Shown: positions 62,149-64,000 of the stretch, piece by piece
Layout: every line of letters starts with the position of its first letter
Numbering within the stretch: position 1 is the stretch's first letter
NCBI GenBank assembly: GCA_038870975.1
Contig: JAVZJD010000001.1
Location: forward strand, 1 to 64,000
DNA: 64,000 nucleotides
Origin: Candidatus Bathyarchaeia archaeon
GTDB taxonomy: Archaea; Thermoproteota; CALKCG01; B24
Direction of reading: 5' to 3'
Made by a program: the position numbers and the translations under genes
The notes under the pieces: model-generated
What the model was told of the DNA's origin: nothing
The model's input: only the letters and a program-made list of their open reading frames with translations
Database searches by the model: none

Positions 62149-62222
62149 ACAACTGGTTATAAAATTAAAAATGATTGAACAGATAAATCTACTCATCTAT
62201 GGAAGATTCATATCCCCGCTGT

Positions 62223-64000
62223 CTAACCCTTAACAACGGCTATTGGAACTAATCTAGCGACCTTCGTAGCTATACCCACTCTATGGCTTACTTCAGCAAC
62301 CAAGTCACATGGTTTGTATGCCCCAGAGGCTTCTTCGCTTAAAACGCTTAAACTTGCCGCTTCAACTACTATGCCTTGACGTTCCATTTCACGTTTAATC
62401 GCTTCTCCTCTCCAACGTTCTTTAGCTTTAGCTCTGGATAGTAGTCTTCCAGCTCCGTGGGCTGTAGAGCCGAATGTAAGCTCCATTGATTTAGGCGTCC
62501 CTACTAAAACCCAGCTTGAGTCTGCCATAGAGCCGGGTAGTAGCACTGGTTGACCTACGTTTCTATACTTGGCTGGAATTTCAGGTCTACCAGCTGGGAA
62601 AGCCCGAGTTGCACCCTTCCTATGTACGTAGACTTTTCTCTTGGTTCCCTTACTGTCCACTAAATGTTCTTCAAGCTTAGCTATGTTGTGTGCTACATCG
62701 TAAATTAAATGCATATCTAAATCCTCTGGGCTTCTCTTGAAAACGCTACTGAAGCTTTCTCTAACCCAGTGCATGATAGCTTGTCTATTAGCAAATGCAT
62801 AGTTTATGCCACATTTCATGGCTTTCACGTAGTCTTCACCTTCTCGGCTTGACGCTGGTACACAAGCTAGCTCTCTGTCTGGAACTCGAATCCCATATTT
62901 ATGCATGGCTCTCTCCATAACTCTAAGGTAGTCTGAACATATCTGATGACCGAACCCTCTAGAACCAGTGTGGATAAGTACCATTATCTGCCCCTCCTGT
63001 TCAATACCGAATACCTTCGCAACCTTAGGGTCCTCTATCCGATCTACGACGTCTATCTCCAAGAAGTGGTTACCAGACCCTAGAGTACCTATCTGAGGCT
63101 CTCCACGACTCCTAGCGGTGTTTGAGACTTTACTCGGGTCAGCACCCTCTATACTACCTCTCTCTTCACAGTACTCTAAATCTTCATCCCAGCCTAAACC
63201 GTGTTTAACAACCCATCCAGCACCTTCAACCATAAGCTCATCCAAATCTCTACTCGTAACCCTCAGGTCCTTCCTACGGCTTCCGAGACCACTTGGAACA
63301 TTCCTGAAAAGCGAAACGGTAAGCTGTTTTAAAACGGGCTTAACATCCTTCACCGTAAGATTTGTTTTAACGAGTCTCACTCCACAGTTATGAACAACTA
63401 TGCCGTTAGCTATGAAATTGTGCGCATCATGGTAAACTCCTATATCGTAGAACCTTGTGTAGCTAGGCTTGATGTATTCAACTCTTACAACTTTGTCGGA
63501 GACAAAACCGCCTTTATGGTAGAATTTTGATGCGAATTCTTCGAATGTTGGAAAGTCTTGGGCTATTCTGACGCCAGATGATGTCCCATATATGTTTCTT
63601 TCGACAAGTCTTCTGTTTATATGTTTCCCGGCAACTGCTTCATATGTTTTACTAATGCTTTCTGTACTCGCGTAGACTTCCATTGCCTTTTCAACCGCCT
63701 CCTCACGCATCTTTTTAACTGCATACTTCCTCTTCAGATATTCGTAAGCGATGGACGCCTGAGTCCTCTTCTTAGGTGAGTATTCGTAGCTAATGTAACC
63801 GAGGAAGTTTCTTATAGAGTCCTCATCTACTATTGAAAGCCTATATGTTATACGCCCTTCGAGAGATTTAACCTTGTAGATTATGCTTTTAACGTTAAAT
63901 TCGCGAAGAATTTTTGAAACTTCTTCGAGGAACAGTGTTAGATTGTCTTCGAGTTCTTTCTTCTTAGACTGAGTGAAATTTATCGGTAGTGGTGTATAAC
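62223..64000 (-). CDS. rtcB: RtcB RNA-splicing ligase, intein-containing, 5'-truncated by window edge
   Basis: CGVRL, GTLGSGNHFLE, HTGSRG, HNIAK, HRKGATRA, HGAGR; frame open to 64000. Confidence 0.95.
   Translation of the reverse strand, partial: YTPLPINFTQSKKKELEDNLTLFLEEVSKILREFNVKSIIYKVKSLEGRITYRLSIVDEDSIRNFLGYISYEYSPKKRTQASIAYEYLKRKYAVKKMREEAVEKAMEVYASTESISKTYEAVAGKHINRRLVERNIYGTSSGVRIAQDFPTFEEFASKFYHKGGFVSDKVVRVEYIKPSYTRFYDIGVYHDAHNFIANGIVVHNCGVRLVKTNLTVKDVKPVLKQLTVSLFRNVPSGLGSRRKDLRVTSRDLDELMVEGAGWVVKHGLGWDEDLEYCEERGSIEGADPSKVSNTARSRGEPQIGTLGSGNHFLEIDVVDRIEDPKVAKVFGIEQEGQIMVLIHTGSRGFGHQICSDYLRVMERAMHKYGIRVPDRELACVPASSREGEDYVKAMKCGINYAFANRQAIMHWVRESFSSVFKRSPEDLDMHLIYDVAHNIAKLEEHLVDSKGTKRKVYVHRKGATRAFPAGRPEIPAKYRNVGQPVLLPGSMADSSWVLVGTPKSMELTFGSTAHGAGRLLSRAKAKERWRGEAIKREMERQGIVVEAASLSVLSEEASGAYKPCDLVAEVSHRVGIATKVARLVPIAVVKG
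63387..64000 (-). mobile_element. Intein in RtcB (C-terminal part, with homing-endonuclease-like region)
   Basis: Block F/G FYDIGV..HNFIANGIVVHN followed by +1 Cys (CGVRL); upstream region resembles the end of a LAGLIDADG domain. Confidence 0.92.

Noticed and set aside
1-64000. CRISPR arrays, rRNA genes, IS transposases, tRNA introns and the many short antisense ORFs in the track
   Set aside because: No repeat-spacer arrays, rRNA or transposase motifs seen; both tRNAs are intron-less; the short ORFs are shadows of well-supported genes on the other strand or frame.

Overview
Archaeal chromosomal window, most consistent with Bathyarchaeia or a related TACK lineage. Support for this comes from TBP, archaeal MAT, Lsm, CDC48, RIO2, Mtd/Ftr, a stand-alone MtrH and many sugar hydrolases and UroD-family proteins. 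It holds about 55 CDS, tRNA-Ser(TGA), tRNA-Gly(GCC) with a decayed SSV-type integrated element (Int(C), frameshifted PriS-PriL primase fusion, HerA remnant), an SMC5/6-like (coalescin-type) SMC-kleisin-kite operon, a Cbi/Nik ECF transporter and an intein-containing RtcB. The standout observation is in the S-adenosylmethionine synthetase (mat) gene. A 33-nt insert carrying an in-frame TAG interrupts the conserved ERK|GxGHPD motif and folds into a tRNA-type bulge-helix-bulge-like splice motif. Canonical endonuclease cuts restore the motif exactly, so this is a candidate archaeal mRNA intron in MAT and possibly a SAM-homeostasis switch. All functional calls come from motif recognition by eye; no searches were run.
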